The translations under genes and the position numbers were made by a program. The notes below the pieces were generated by a model that saw only the letters and a program-made list of their open reading frames with translations, ran no database searches and had not been told where the DNA came from. Shown here in pieces: positions 46,754 through 57,600 of a stretch of DNA of 64,000 nt. The first letter of the stretch is position 1, and every line of letters starts with the position of its first letter. Origin of the DNA: an uncultured delta proteobacterium (lineage in GTDB: Bacteria; Myxococcota_A; Polyangia; Fen-1088); contig CAVWIP010000006.1 of NCBI GenBank assembly GCA_963755125.1, positions 64,001-128,000 on the forward strand, in the 5' to 3' direction.

Positions 46754-49080
46754 GCGGGGAGCGCAAATACGAGCCGGCCTCCATCCTGGCGGTCGACGAC
46801 ACCTCCGCGGTGCTCAGGGTGCTGGTCGAAATCCTCAGCCGGGAGGGCTATCGGGTGCGGCGCGCGGACAGCGGCGAGGCGGCATTGGCGGCGGTGGCAG
46901 CCAGCCCGCCCGACCTGATCCTTCTCGACGTGCGGATGAAGGGGATAGACGGGATCGAGGTGTGCCGGCGGCTCAAGGCCAGCGAGGATTCGCGGAACAT
47001 TCCCATCATCCTGATGAGTGGGTTCACCGAGGTCGAGGAATGGGTGGCGGGCCTGCAGGCGGGCGCCGTGGACTATCTGTACAAGCCGTTCCGCAGCGAG
47101 GAGATCCTGACTCGGGTCAGGACCCATCTGGACCTGAAGCGCGCGAAGGCCGAGATCGAGCAGAAGGTCGTTTCCCTCCGCCGGACCAACGATCACCTGG
47201 AGACCGAGATTGCCGAGCGCCAACAAGTGGAGGTCGAGCTTCGTCGCAGCCTCGACCATGCCGAGCGCTCCCGCCTGGCGCTGCTCGGCGCGCTGGAGGA
47301 CCAGAAGCGGGCCGAGACCGAGCGCGAGCGGCTGACCATGGCCATCGAGCAGGCCGCCGAGATGGTGCTGGTCACGGACATCCACGGCGCGATCCAGTAC
47401 GTCAATCCGGCCTTCGAGTCCGTGACCGGCTACACGCGCGCCGAGGCCATCGGCCGCAACCCGAGCCTGGTCAAGAGCGGCGTACAGGATCAGGCCTTCT
47501 ATCGCGGGCTCTGGGAGACCATCACGGCCGGCAAGACCTGGCGCGGGAGGATGGTCAACAAGAAGAAAGACGGCACTCTCTACACGGAGGAGTCGACCAT
47601 TTCGCCGGTGCGCGATGCGGCCGGGGTGGTCACCAGCTACGTCGCGGTCAACCGGGACATCACCCACGATCTCGACCTGGAGGCGCAGTTCCTCCAGTCG
47701 CAGAAGATGGAGAGCATCGGGCGGCTGGCCGGCGGCGTGGCGCACGACTTCAACAATTGCTTGAACGTCATCCAGGGCTTCACCCAGCTTTGCCTGGGCA
47801 GGCTGCGCGAGGACGATCCGCTGGCCAGCGATCTCGGGCAGGTGGCGAAGGCGAGCGAGCGTGCGGCCGGGCTCACGCGCCAGTTGCTCGCGTTCGGTCG
47901 CAAGCAGGTCTTGCAGCCCGAGCAGATCAACCTCAACCAGACCATCGCCGACATGGAGAAGATGTTGCGCCGGATCATTGGCGAGGACGTCGATCTGGTA
48001 CTGGTCCTGGCGCCCAATTTGGGCCTGGTCAAGGCCGACCCGGGCCAGATCGGCCAGGTGATCATGAACCTGGCGGTCAACGCGCGCGACGCCATGCCCA
48101 AGGGGGGCACGCTCACCATCGTAACCGGCAACCTGGAACTGGACGCGGAGCACGCGGCAAGGCACGAGGGAATAGAGCCAGGGCACCACGTCGTGGTCGC
48201 AATCACCGATTCCGGGATCGGCATGGACGGCCAGACCATGGCGCGGCTGTTCGAGCCGTTCTTCACCACCAAGGAACAAGGAAAGGGCAGCGGCCTCGGG
48301 CTGTCAACCGCCTACGGCATCGTCAAGCAGAGCGGCGGCAGCATCTTCGTCCGCAGCGAGGTCGGCAGGGGGACGACCTTCGAGGTCTATCTGCGGCGCG
48401 ACCTTTCGGCCCCGGCCGCGACCCGCGCCAGGCCACGGACAATCCCCCGTCGGGCGAAAGGGGACGAAACCATCCTGGTGGTCGAGGACGAGGAGGCCCT
48501 GCGCCGGCTGGCGACAAGGCTGCTGGAAACCGCCGGCTACACGGTGCTGTCCGCCGCCGACGGGGAGCAGGCGCTTATCACCTGCGAACGGCACGCGGGC
48601 AAGATCGATCTGCTTCTGACCGACGTGGTGATGCCGCGGATGAGCGGAAAGCGGCTGGCCGAGCGGCTGGCGACGACGAGACCGACCCTCAAGATCCTCT
48701 ATATGTCGGGTTACACCGACGATGCGATCGTTCAGCACGGCGTGCTGGATGCGGATACGCACTTCATCGCCAAACCGTTCAGTGAGGCCGATCTGACGCG
48801 GAAGATCCGGGCAGTGCTGGACGGGGGCGTCTGCACTTCCGGCACCGACTGGCCTGCGATCGAGGACGAGATCGAGCAGCAACCGCTCGACCGGGACGCG
48901 CTGCGGGCGCTTCCCCAGGACGTTCTGGCAAGGCTTGGCGCAGCCGCAGTCGCCGCGAACTACGACGAGATCGTGGCGATCGTCGAAATCATCGCGCGCA
49001 CGCAACCAGATGCGGCTGCCGCGCTTCGGCGCATGGCGGATCGCTTCGACTACGGCGGGATGCAGGAGTTTCTGATCTGA
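46750..49080 (+). CDS. Hybrid histidine kinase (REC-PAS-HisKA-HATPase-REC plus helical tail)
   Basis: LLDVRM, PAS, AHDFNN, EPFFTTK, GSGLGL, LTDVVMP. Confidence 0.95.
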   Translation: MSGERKYEPASILAVDDTSAVLRVLVEILSREGYRVRRADSGEAALAAVAASPPDLILLDVRMKGIDGIEVCRRLKASEDSRNIPIILMSGFTEVEEWVAGLQAGAVDYLYKPFRSEEILTRVRTHLDLKRAKAEIEQKVVSLRRTNDHLETEIAERQQVEVELRRSLDHAERSRLALLGALEDQKRAETERERLTMAIEQAAEMVLVTDIHGAIQYVNPAFESVTGYTRAEAIGRNPSLVKSGVQDQAFYRGLWETITAGKTWRGRMVNKKKDGTLYTEESTISPVRDAAGVVTSYVAVNRDITHDLDLEAQFLQSQKMESIGRLAGGVAHDFNNCLNVIQGFTQLCLGRLREDDPLASDLGQVAKASERAAGLTRQLLAFGRKQVLQPEQINLNQTIADMEKMLRRIIGEDVDLVLVLAPNLGLVKADPGQIGQVIMNLAVNARDAMPKGGTLTIVTGNLELDAEHAARHEGIEPGHHVVVAITDSGIGMDGQTMARLFEPFFTTKEQGKGSGLGLSTAYGIVKQSGGSIFVRSEVGRGTTFEVYLRRDLSAPAATRARPRTIPRRAKGDETILVVEDEEALRRLATRLLETAGYTVLSAADGEQALITCERHAGKIDLLLTDVVMPRMSGKRLAERLATTRPTLKILYMSGYTDDAIVQHGVLDADTHFIAKPFSEADLTRKIRAVLDGGVCTSGTDWPAIEDEIEQQPLDRDALRALPQDVLARLGAAAVAANYDEIVAIVEIIARTQPDAAAALRRMADRFDYGGMQEFLI

Positions 49081-49094
49081 TCGAGAGGAACGAG

Positions 49095-49514
49095 ATGGAA
49101 GACGACGTGCAAGGCAGTAAGATTCTCATGGTGGACGATTCCGTCGACAACCTGCGGCTTCTGACCGCGGTCCTCAAGCGCGGCGGCCTGGTGCCCCGGC
49201 CGGTCACCAGCGGCAGGCTGGCCATCAAGGCGGCGGAGGCGGACCCGCCCGATCTCGTCCTGCTGGACATGCGCATGCCCGAGATGTCCGGGGTTGAGGT
49301 GTGCCGGTGTTTCAAGCAGAACGAGCGGCTGCGCGACATTCCCATCATCTTCATCAGCGGGGTGCAGGGCAGCGAAGACAAGGTCGAGTGTTTCCGCGCC
49401 GGTGGGGCGGATTTCGTCCCCAAGCCGTTCGTCGAGGAGGAGGTGCTTGCGCGCATCAAGACGCACCTGCGCTTGCGACGGTTGGAGGCGGAACGGACGT
49501 CGCACAGGCGGTGA
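49095..49514 (+). CDS. Single-domain response regulator
   Basis: ILMVDD, LLDMRMP, FVPKPF; GAGAGG RBS. Confidence 0.9.
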   Translation: MEDDVQGSKILMVDDSVDNLRLLTAVLKRGGLVPRPVTSGRLAIKAAEADPPDLVLLDMRMPEMSGVEVCRCFKQNERLRDIPIIFISGVQGSEDKVECFRAGGADFVPKPFVEEEVLARIKTHLRLRRLEAERTSHRR

Positions 49515-49551
49515 CTCGGTCGACGGGTCGGCGAGTCGAAACGCACCGCCT

Positions 49552-49578
49552 CGTGGGGCGATCTGCGGTCGCCCCACG
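49552..49578. repeat. REP-like palindrome between convergent genes
   Basis: CGTGGGGCGA-tctgcgg-TCGCCCCACG, same family as 34243 and 4309. Confidence 0.75.
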
Positions 49579-49600
49579 CGATCGGCGATATCGGCGACCT

Positions 49601-50986
49601 TCACGCGGCTATCGCGGGGTCGGGGGAATCCTGCGTGGCCTTGTCGCCAGCGGCGCTGATTTGGCCTTGGGCTTGAGCCATGGGCATGTGGATGACGAAG
49701 GATGAGGGCCAGCCCTCGCAAGTTTCCACGGCCAGGCTGCCCCCGTGCGCATGGGCGGCCATCCGGCAGAAATACAGACCCTGGCCCCAGCCTGACAGGC
49801 GGCGCGTGCCGTGATCCCCGGGCTGGAACTTGTCGAAGGTGGTTTCGCGCTGCTCGGGCGGGATCTTGGCCGCCGTGCAGTGGACCGCGAGCCACGCCTC
49901 GTCGGCGCGCCGGGTGGCTTCTAGCAGGATGCGGCCTCCGTTGGGCGTGCGGCGAATGGAAGCGGTGATCAGGCTTTGCAGGAGCCGGAGGAAGAGGCGC
50001 GCATCCGCCGCGACCGGCAGCGAATCCTCCGCGTCCAGTTCGATCCTGATGGACTTGCTGCGCGCGTGTGTGGCGGTGCTGTCACGGGCTTTCTCCAAGA
50101 GATCCCGCGCTTCGAGGTTCGCGAGATTGAGGTTGATGCGGCCGTTTTCCAGCGTCGTGGTGTCCAGGATCTGCGCAATCATCTCGGACACGTCACCGGA
50201 GCCGGCCAGGGCCTCCTCGACCGCTTCCAGCCAGGGCTTGCTGACCGGATGGCGTCTCATCTCCAGGTCCAAATACTCCAGCGAGAGCATGGTGGTGCCC
50301 ACCGGGGAGCGCATGTCGTGCACGATGACTCGCACCAGGCTGTCCTTCTCCTGCTGAAGGTTGCCCAGCTTTTCGCACTGGTCACGTGTCTCGGCCAGCA
50401 TGCGCCGGGTGACCTCGGCCTCGGCGGTCTCGCGCGCCAGCTTGCTGCTGGCCGCGGCGAGCAGCAGCACCGCAACCGCAGTGAGCATGGGCAGCGCGTT
50501 CAGATCGGCCTGCTGCATGAGCGACAGCTCGCACAGGGTTGCCAGCAGCGTCACCAGCACCAGGCAGCGGGTGCGAAAGGCGAGCCCGCCCACGGCGATG
50601 GGCAGCACGAAGACGCCCACACTGAGACCGGCGATAGTTTGGGCGCCCATGCTGCCGACCAGCAGCGCGGTCCGCAACACGGCATAGACGAAGCCCACGT
50701 CGAGCACAGGCTGGATCCACGCCAGCCGCAGCATCACGGTGCGCCCCTGTGTCGCGAAGGTGATCGAGGCCAGGGTGCCGTAGGCGATTAAGAGGGGGAC
50801 TTGTCGGCCCCACTCGGCGTCGCCCGAGCCCTTCCACAGGACGATGGAAACGACCAGGAACATCACCGAGCCGACCAGTCGCAGGCTGGCCGCCGCAGAT
50901 AGGATGCGGCTGCGTTGGCTGCTGGCGGCATCTCCCAGAACGCCGCTCCCGGAAGCAGGCACAGGCCGTTTCGAATCGAGCAGCAC
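49601..50986 (-). CDS. Membrane histidine-kinase-like protein with degenerate ATPase domain
   Basis: About 6 TM helices, H-box HDMRSP; N-box reads LQSLITAS and G1 reads HCTAAKI; GTG start uncertain. Confidence 0.8.
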   Translation of the reverse strand: MLLDSKRPVPASGSGVLGDAASSQRSRILSAAASLRLVGSVMFLVVSIVLWKGSGDAEWGRQVPLLIAYGTLASITFATQGRTVMLRLAWIQPVLDVGFVYAVLRTALLVGSMGAQTIAGLSVGVFVLPIAVGGLAFRTRCLVLVTLLATLCELSLMQQADLNALPMLTAVAVLLLAAASSKLARETAEAEVTRRMLAETRDQCEKLGNLQQEKDSLVRVIVHDMRSPVGTTMLSLEYLDLEMRRHPVSKPWLEAVEEALAGSGDVSEMIAQILDTTTLENGRINLNLANLEARDLLEKARDSTATHARSKSIRIELDAEDSLPVAADARLFLRLLQSLITASIRRTPNGGRILLEATRRADEAWLAVHCTAAKIPPEQRETTFDKFQPGDHGTRRLSGWGQGLYFCRMAAHAHGGSLAVETCEGWPSSFVIHMPMAQAQGQISAAGDKATQDSPDPAIAA

Positions 50987-50996
50987 GGCGTGGCCC

Positions 50997-52310
50997 CTAG
51001 AAGCGTGGTTCCGGCAGCGGAAAATCGGGCCGGGCAAACAGATAGCCCTGCATCAGATCCCCGCCGTTGGCCGCGAAGCTATCGCGTTCAGCCTCGGTTT
51101 CCACGCCCTCGGCGATGAGCGGCAGGTTCATTTCCTGGCAGAAATTCACCACCGTGCGCATCAGCTTCCGCCTGACCGCGACGTTCTCGATCTGGCGGAA
51201 CAGTGACATCTCGAGCTTGACCACGTCGGGCTCCAGCACCGCCAGACGGCCCAGGCCCGAGGAGCCCCCGGCCACGTCGCAGACCGCGATCTTGTAGCCG
51301 AGCGAACGCAGCCGCCTGGTCCGGGCCAAGAAGTCTCGGGTGTCGTGCACGGCGATTTGCTGGGTGATCTCGAAGTGGATCTGCTTGGCGAACGCCGCCA
51401 GCGGAGCCGCGGGATCGAAGAGACTCTCGTCGAGGAGTTCCAGGGCGTGCAGGTTGACGAACATGGGCGATGGGTGGGCACACGCGCTCATGACCGACGC
51501 CACGTGACGGCGGATGCGCTGTCCGAGCAGGCCGATCTGCTTGAGATCTTCCGCAGTCTTCAGTAGGTCGAGCGGAGTGGACAGAGAGGGCTCGTTGGTC
51601 CGGACCAGCGCCTCGTACCCCACGATGCTTTTTTGCGACCACGAGACGATGGGTTGGAAGGCCATCCACAGGCAGCCCAGTGCCCGCGAGAACCGTTCGC
51701 TGGCGCTCTCCTGCGCCTTCTCCTGGTCCTCCACGATGTGCATCCGGCTGCTGGTCCGTCGTCTGTGCAAGGCGCGGTCGAGCTCGCGATCGAGCTGCGC
51801 GGCCGACACCGGCTTGAGCAGGTAGCTGATCGCGCCCCACTCTACCGCCGCGCGCGCGGTGTCCAGATCGGGGCAGCCCGTGACCAGGATGACCGGCATG
51901 TCCTTGTCGGTCCTGCGGATCTCCTGCAGGACCTGGATGCCATTCTGGTCGGGCAGATTGATGTCGGTCACCATGGCGTCGAAGTGTTGCTCGGCGGCCA
52001 GCCTGGCCGCCGACCAGCCATCGTTGGCGACGCGGACCGCATAGCCAGAGGCATCCAGCATGCGCGCGCAGGTCTGCGCGAAAGCGCCATCGTCGTCGAC
52101 CACTAGCACGCGGCCGCGCGAGGTGCCCGGTTCGGCGGCGTCCAGAGCGCTGGCATCGAATCCGAAGCGGCAGAAGCGCAGGGATTCGGGCTCGGCCGCG
52201 GCCGGCTCGCTCGCAAGAAGTTGCATCTCGTCGCCGTCATCGAAAACATCGTGGTCATCGGCGCCTGCGGGAACCTCGTCCAACCGGAAATCGCAACGTT
52301 CAGACTGCAT
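50997..52310 (-). CDS. REC-EAL domain protein (degenerate EAL)
   Basis: VLVVDDD, TDINLP; FQP, YEALVR, IAVCDVAGG in place of DDFGTG, IAEGVET, QGYLFARP. Confidence 0.88.
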   Translation of the reverse strand: MQSERCDFRLDEVPAGADDHDVFDDGDEMQLLASEPAAAEPESLRFCRFGFDASALDAAEPGTSRGRVLVVDDDGAFAQTCARMLDASGYAVRVANDGWSAARLAAEQHFDAMVTDINLPDQNGIQVLQEIRRTDKDMPVILVTGCPDLDTARAAVEWGAISYLLKPVSAAQLDRELDRALHRRRTSSRMHIVEDQEKAQESASERFSRALGCLWMAFQPIVSWSQKSIVGYEALVRTNEPSLSTPLDLLKTAEDLKQIGLLGQRIRRHVASVMSACAHPSPMFVNLHALELLDESLFDPAAPLAAFAKQIHFEITQQIAVHDTRDFLARTRRLRSLGYKIAVCDVAGGSSGLGRLAVLEPDVVKLEMSLFRQIENVAVRRKLMRTVVNFCQEMNLPLIAEGVETEAERDSFAANGGDLMQGYLFARPDFPLPEPRF

Positions 52311-52628
52311 GGTGTCCCTCCTGGGATTTGGGTTGCCCTACCCGGCCTCTTCCCGTGACGCGTTCGTGGAAAGGAGAAACCCAAACGCGGCTCGGGAAGA
52401 GGAGGGCTCGGGAGGCGGTCAACCTGTGTCGGGACAAAGCAAGCGCAGGGCCACCCGCAAAATGGCGTTGCGCCGCCGGTTGTCCGCCCGGACCGTCGGT
52501 CACCGGACGCAGCCGCGGCAAATCGCGCGTCGGCACCCCGACAGACGACACCTACCTACAGCGTTCCGGCCGGCGCGGCGAAGGGGTGGATTTCCAAAAT
52601 GGAGGCGCGCATCGAATAGGAGCGATCG

Positions 52629-52665
52629 GTGGTGGTCGTAGACGTGGTCTTGGTCGACGTCGACC
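52629..52665. repeat. Short hexamer tract of the same interspersed family
   Basis: GTGGTGGTCGTAGACGTGGTCTTGGTCGACGTCGACC shares GTGGTCGTAGACGTGG with the 21 kb and 43 kb copies. Confidence 0.55.
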
Positions 52666-52778
52666 GCTCCAACGCTATCGCCATCAATCGTCGTCTTTTC
52701 GGCGTCCCTCCCATCTAGCTGCTGACGGGCCGCCGTCCTTTCTTCCGGCACCCAGGCGTGATCGTCCGGCTTTTCCAC

Positions 52779-52794
52779 TGGCCCTGGGGTTGCA
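52779..52794 (+). promoter_or_regulatory. Putative sigma54 -24/-12 promoter
   Basis: TGGCCCT-GGGG-TTGCA, 55 nt before ATG 52850. Confidence 0.6.
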
Positions 52795-52849
52795 TCTCCT
52801 GTTTGGCGTGATGCTGAGATCCAAGAAAACCGATTCGAGGAGGAATGTC

Positions 52850-54541
52850 ATGAAGAACCTGGCGTGGTTGCTCTCTCTTGTTGTTGGAGCTGCGCTATTC
52901 ACGCTGTCGTCGTCCGGCTGCTCGGAACGCACGAACGCCCCGGCATTTGGCGGGGCGCGAGTGAGGACGTATGTGCAACTCCCAGCAGACGGCAACTACA
53001 CGGTCACGGTCACCATCACCGGGGATGGAATAACGGATCCTATCGTAGTTCCACTAACCGAGGTCGGGAACCAGTGGGTCGCCAACCTCAACGACATCCC
53101 GGCAGGAACGAATCGCACGTTCACGCTCTCCGTCCTCGACGCTTCCGGCACAGTGATCTACAGCGGCGTGGCCACCGGGGTTACGATCACCTCCGGCCAG
53201 ACGGCGTCGGTATCGATCGGCGGCCAGCAGACGAATGCGCCGCCCGCGACCGATGGTGCGTCGCCGGTGATCGATGCCCTGATCGCGTCGTCGGTAACCG
53301 TCAGCGACGGAGCGACAGTCGCCTTGTCAGTAAGCGCCCATGATCCGAATGCAAACAATACGCTCTCGTACCTGTGGACCTCACCCAGCGGGACGTTCGA
53401 CTCGGCAAACACATCCTCGACCAACTGGACCGCGCCAGGGACGGACGGGATCTACCGGATCACGGTTCAGGTCCAGAACAATCAGGGAGCACAGACGACC
53501 ATGTCCGTTGACATCACGGTCTGCACGCAGACTGATGCCGGCAGCACCGCGACCATCGCGGTCACTCTCAACAACTGGCCCGTGGTGAGCGGCGTGACCT
53601 CGACGCAAGGTCGCATCGACGTTGGTGGCACGACGGCGCTGGACTGCACGGCAACCGACGCTGACGGCGACCCGCTGACCTATTCCTGGTCCACGGACAG
53701 TGGCTGTGTCGGGACGTTCAGCGCGTCGAACGTCAAGAGCCCGACCTTCACCTTGGGCAACACCTTGCCCGCGCTCGGTACCTGCACATTCACGGTGACC
53801 GTGTCCGACGGCCGCGGCGGCACCGGCGCAGGCTCGCTGACCATCACCGCCGCCCCGGCACCGCCGGTCATCTCGCCGCCGCAGATCGTGAGTTCCAGCC
53901 AGTCCGCCCAGTCGGTGGTGGCCGGCCAGACGGTAACCCTGTCGGTGGTGGCGACCGATCCGCAAAGCACGGCCATGACTTTCGCGTGGAGCGCCCCGCG
54001 GGGCACCTTCGGGACGCCGGTCGACTTGGGCGCTGGCAGTGAGCAGGTGGTGTGGACTGCGCCGCTCAACTTCGTGGAGGAGATGCAGATCCAGGCGACG
54101 ATCACCGATGCGGGGGGGGCATCGACAGTGCAGAGCTTCACCATCGGAAAGACCCCGCCTCCTTCGGACTGGATTGCCGACCCGAGCTTCTACGGAGCGG
54201 GTGACGGCTGTGATTGTGGCGACGGTTCCTGGGATCCGGATTGCGCCCTTCCCGGTCAGGCACTGTACAACTGCAGCAACGGGCAAGCCTGCGTTCAGTC
54301 CGGTCAGGCCGGTGTCTGCCAGACCATGATGACGCCTTCGATGCCCGACCCCGCGCCGCCCTCGACGCCGCCCGCGGGATGGATCTGCGACCCGACTTAC
54401 TACAACGCTGGCGACGGCTGCGACTGTCTGTGCGGCGCCTTCGATCCCGACTGTGCAGGGTCGAATCAGAGGTTGTACGGTTGCAATGAGGGGCAATACT
54501 GCGGGCAATCAGGCACCTGCGAAAGTTTGCCCAGCCAGTAG
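52850..54541 (+). CDS. Lipoprotein with Ig/PKD-like repeats and two Cys-rich C-terminal repeats
   Basis: AGGAGG RBS, lipobox SSGC, three A.D.....L.Y.W-type Ig repeats, two W..DP..Y.AGDGCDC..G..DPDC repeats. Confidence 0.8.
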   Translation: MKNLAWLLSLVVGAALFTLSSSGCSERTNAPAFGGARVRTYVQLPADGNYTVTVTITGDGITDPIVVPLTEVGNQWVANLNDIPAGTNRTFTLSVLDASGTVIYSGVATGVTITSGQTASVSIGGQQTNAPPATDGASPVIDALIASSVTVSDGATVALSVSAHDPNANNTLSYLWTSPSGTFDSANTSSTNWTAPGTDGIYRITVQVQNNQGAQTTMSVDITVCTQTDAGSTATIAVTLNNWPVVSGVTSTQGRIDVGGTTALDCTATDADGDPLTYSWSTDSGCVGTFSASNVKSPTFTLGNTLPALGTCTFTVTVSDGRGGTGAGSLTITAAPAPPVISPPQIVSSSQSAQSVVAGQTVTLSVVATDPQSTAMTFAWSAPRGTFGTPVDLGAGSEQVVWTAPLNFVEEMQIQATITDAGGASTVQSFTIGKTPPPSDWIADPSFYGAGDGCDCGDGSWDPDCALPGQALYNCSNGQACVQSGQAGVCQTMMTPSMPDPAPPSTPPAGWICDPTYYNAGDGCDCLCGAFDPDCAGSNQRLYGCNEGQYCGQSGTCESLPSQ

Positions 54542-54634
54542 TTCAGACCGGGAACAGACGTCCCGAGAGCCTCGTTGATGGCCAGGCCATCGTTGAGGCT
54601 CTTGGGATTTTTGCGTTGTGGCCTGTACCGCTGG

Positions 54635-57600
54635 CTACTGGAGTCTCGTCGTGGGATCGCCGAGCAGGATCCAGGTGCGGCGGACGTCGAGGTCGCTGGT
54701 CGCGGCCTTGGCCGCGGCGACTGCCTGCCCGATGGTCGGCTTCTTCGCCGCGAACAGTAGCTGCATGAAGGCCGCGTCCATGGTCTGTTGCCCGGCCGAC
54801 TCGGTCATACCCGACGAGGCCCATACCGCGATGGCCCCGCCCTGCGGCGTCTTGAGCAACGATTCGCCCAGGGTTTCGCCATAGGGGTCGGCAAACCAGC
54901 CGGTCCAGCAGGTCATGCTGGACACGAAGGGCAGCTTCGCCCCGTTGGTCAGCAGGGGAACGTCGTCCATGCTCAGCAGATTGCCGTCCCAGGCGGTTTC
55001 CGACGAGTGGCCCATGTAGTTCACCAGCAGCGCGCCCTGGTCGAACGCACCCACCACCGCCGCGTGCGCCGCCGTATCGTCGGCAAAATCGCCGCGGAAT
55101 ATCTGCGTGAGAAACATGCTGGTCGGGATCTGCGCGGCCACGGCGGTGCTGGCGGCCGGGAAGTCGAAGTCGCTGGTGGCGGTGTCAGACACCAGCACAG
55201 CCGTCCTTCGCCAGTCAGCGCCAGCCGTGCCGGCGTATCCCACCAGCTTCTGCACCACTGCCGCGGCCTGGGTGGAATCGCGCACCGGCAGGCGGCCGAT
55301 GGCCAGATCGGGCAGTCCATCGTTGTTGAAGTCGACCAACCAGTCATCCGACGCGGCATAGTTGTACGTAGCGTCGACGAATTCCGTCGGCACCAGATCG
55401 AAATCCCCGTAGCCGAGGAAATTGCGCGGGTCAGCGCTGGCGGAGCCGGCCAGCAGCACGAAGCCGGGCCGTTTGCGCCAGGTCGACGATGCCAAAGCCA
55501 GGAAGTCGCGCAGCGCCTGCGGTGTCTTGTTGCCAAAGCTGAACTCGTCGTACACGTCTTCCACGTCGACAACTGCGACCACGTATCCCTGCCCCTGGCG
55601 AAGCTGAACCAGTGGAGCGAGCGCGCCCGCCACGGCAGCGTTGGTCAGCACCACCAGATTCGCCGCCTTGTCAGCCGAGTGCCAGCTTGACGGGCTGTTG
55701 GTCTCCAGGCTGTCCGGCGACGCGATCGCCCCGTCACTGAAGGCCAGCAGATTGCGCACACCCGCGCCGGCCACGTTGATTGCCACGGAATAGCCCGAAG
55801 TTCCATCGCTCTGCACCGCTGCGGAAAGCTCGTACGGGTTTTCCGTGTCGGTCACGTCCATCACGCGGATGTTCGGCGACTTGAAGCCGCTGACCACCAG
55901 CCGGCTGTCACCCGGTGCGGTCATGGACAGGGTGTCGCCGTCTGCAACGTACTTGCGCCAGTAGGTCAATCCGACCGATGCCACCAGGCTGAGATCCAAA
56001 TCGCCACCCTCGGCCCACAGAGAGATCTGGTTGGACCCTTCGATCAGCGAAGTCGACTGGTCGAGCAGCAGGTGCGCGGTGCCAAGCTCCTGGCTGTCGA
56101 ACTGGACCTGGCCCACCTGGGTGCCGTTGAGCAGGACGGCCACAACGTGGGCGCCATCCATCACGCCCTGCACCGCCACGTCCAGCGCCGCCTGGCCCGC
56201 CGGGGCCGCATCCGGGTTGATCACGTCGAGTGCGAGCGTGGTCGGCGCCGTCGCGTCGGTGGACACGATCGGCCCAAAATACTTGTTGTCCGGGTTGCCG
56301 TTCATCAGCGCCGGGAAGTAGATCACTTTCGGCGCGGACGCGACAGTGAAGGCGAAGCTGGCGGGCGCGGCATCGCTGGCCTCTGCGCTGACCTTGCCGA
56401 CCCGTTTGCCGGCGCTGGTCCCGGCCGCCAGCCAGTAGCTTCGCTCGCCGGTCCACTGGCTGTCGATCCCGGTGGCGTAGAACTCGACGGTGCTTTGCGG
56501 AACCAAACTGCGGCTGCGCGCCAGGCCTCTGATGACCAACGGAATCTGCTGGCCGTCGGCGAAAAGTTGGAGCCGGGTCGGATCGACATTGCCCAAACCA
56601 TGGTCAATCAGGTTCTGCCCGGTCACCTGATACCAGCCGGCCTGCGAGATTCCGATCTTGAGTGCTCGGCTGGAAGCCAGCGTCCATTGCACTGCGGTCG
56701 CGGTCAGCGTGGTCGGCGCCAGGCCGCGAAGAACCCGTCCCGCTGGCCCGCCCTGCACACTGGATCCCGGCGAGGCGCCCGATCCGGTCAGTCCAGCAAG
56801 TTGTTGCATGTGGGGCGCATTACGCACCTCGGGTGGAGGGTCATTCGACGGCTGGGGAACGACGGGCCCGTGGAAGGTCTGCCCACCGCGCAGATCTACG
56901 TCCGCCAGCCAGTAGCGCGTGGTGCGGGCATCGGCGCCGGCAGGCAAGTCATCCCACCAGACATAGGACCGGCCGCCGGACACGGTGGCGCGCAGACCCG
57001 CCATCAGGGCCGAGCCCGAGATCAAATGGGGCGTGACCGGGGACGAGGCATCGCCGGCCTCGCGGTATAGCCGGAAGCCGATGTTGTTGGTTTCCATGGC
57101 CGTCTGCCATTTCAGCAGAACCCGGCTGCCGTGAACTGTTGCCGTGAAGCTGACCAGGCGGACCGCTGTGGGAGAGGGCGCGCCCGTACAGGTAGCATTT
57201 AAAGTGAACCCGGTATCACCACCGGTACTCGTGGCGTTGAAGGCGGTGATAGTGCCGCCGACCTGGTTGTTTTGGTTCTTCAGCGTGACGTTTACGAGTT
57301 GAAAGGATCCAGTTCCGGTCCAGGTCTGCACAGCCACCGAGGTGATCGTCGCGCGCGTGGTGCCGCCGCATGTCCCGCCGTTGCCCCCCACCAGGAAAGT
57401 TCCGTTGTTGGTGAGGCCACCGTTAAGGGTGAGGGTGCCCGTGCCAGTGTTGGTAAAGGCACCTCCGCTTGCGACCGTCATCAAGCCGCCCGAACTCAGG
57501 GTGTTGGTGGTGGACCCCTGATCGAGCGTCGTCCCACCGCCCACGTTGACAGCACCGGTTGTAGTCACGTTCCCCGCCAAGCTCTTGGTCCCGCTACCGC

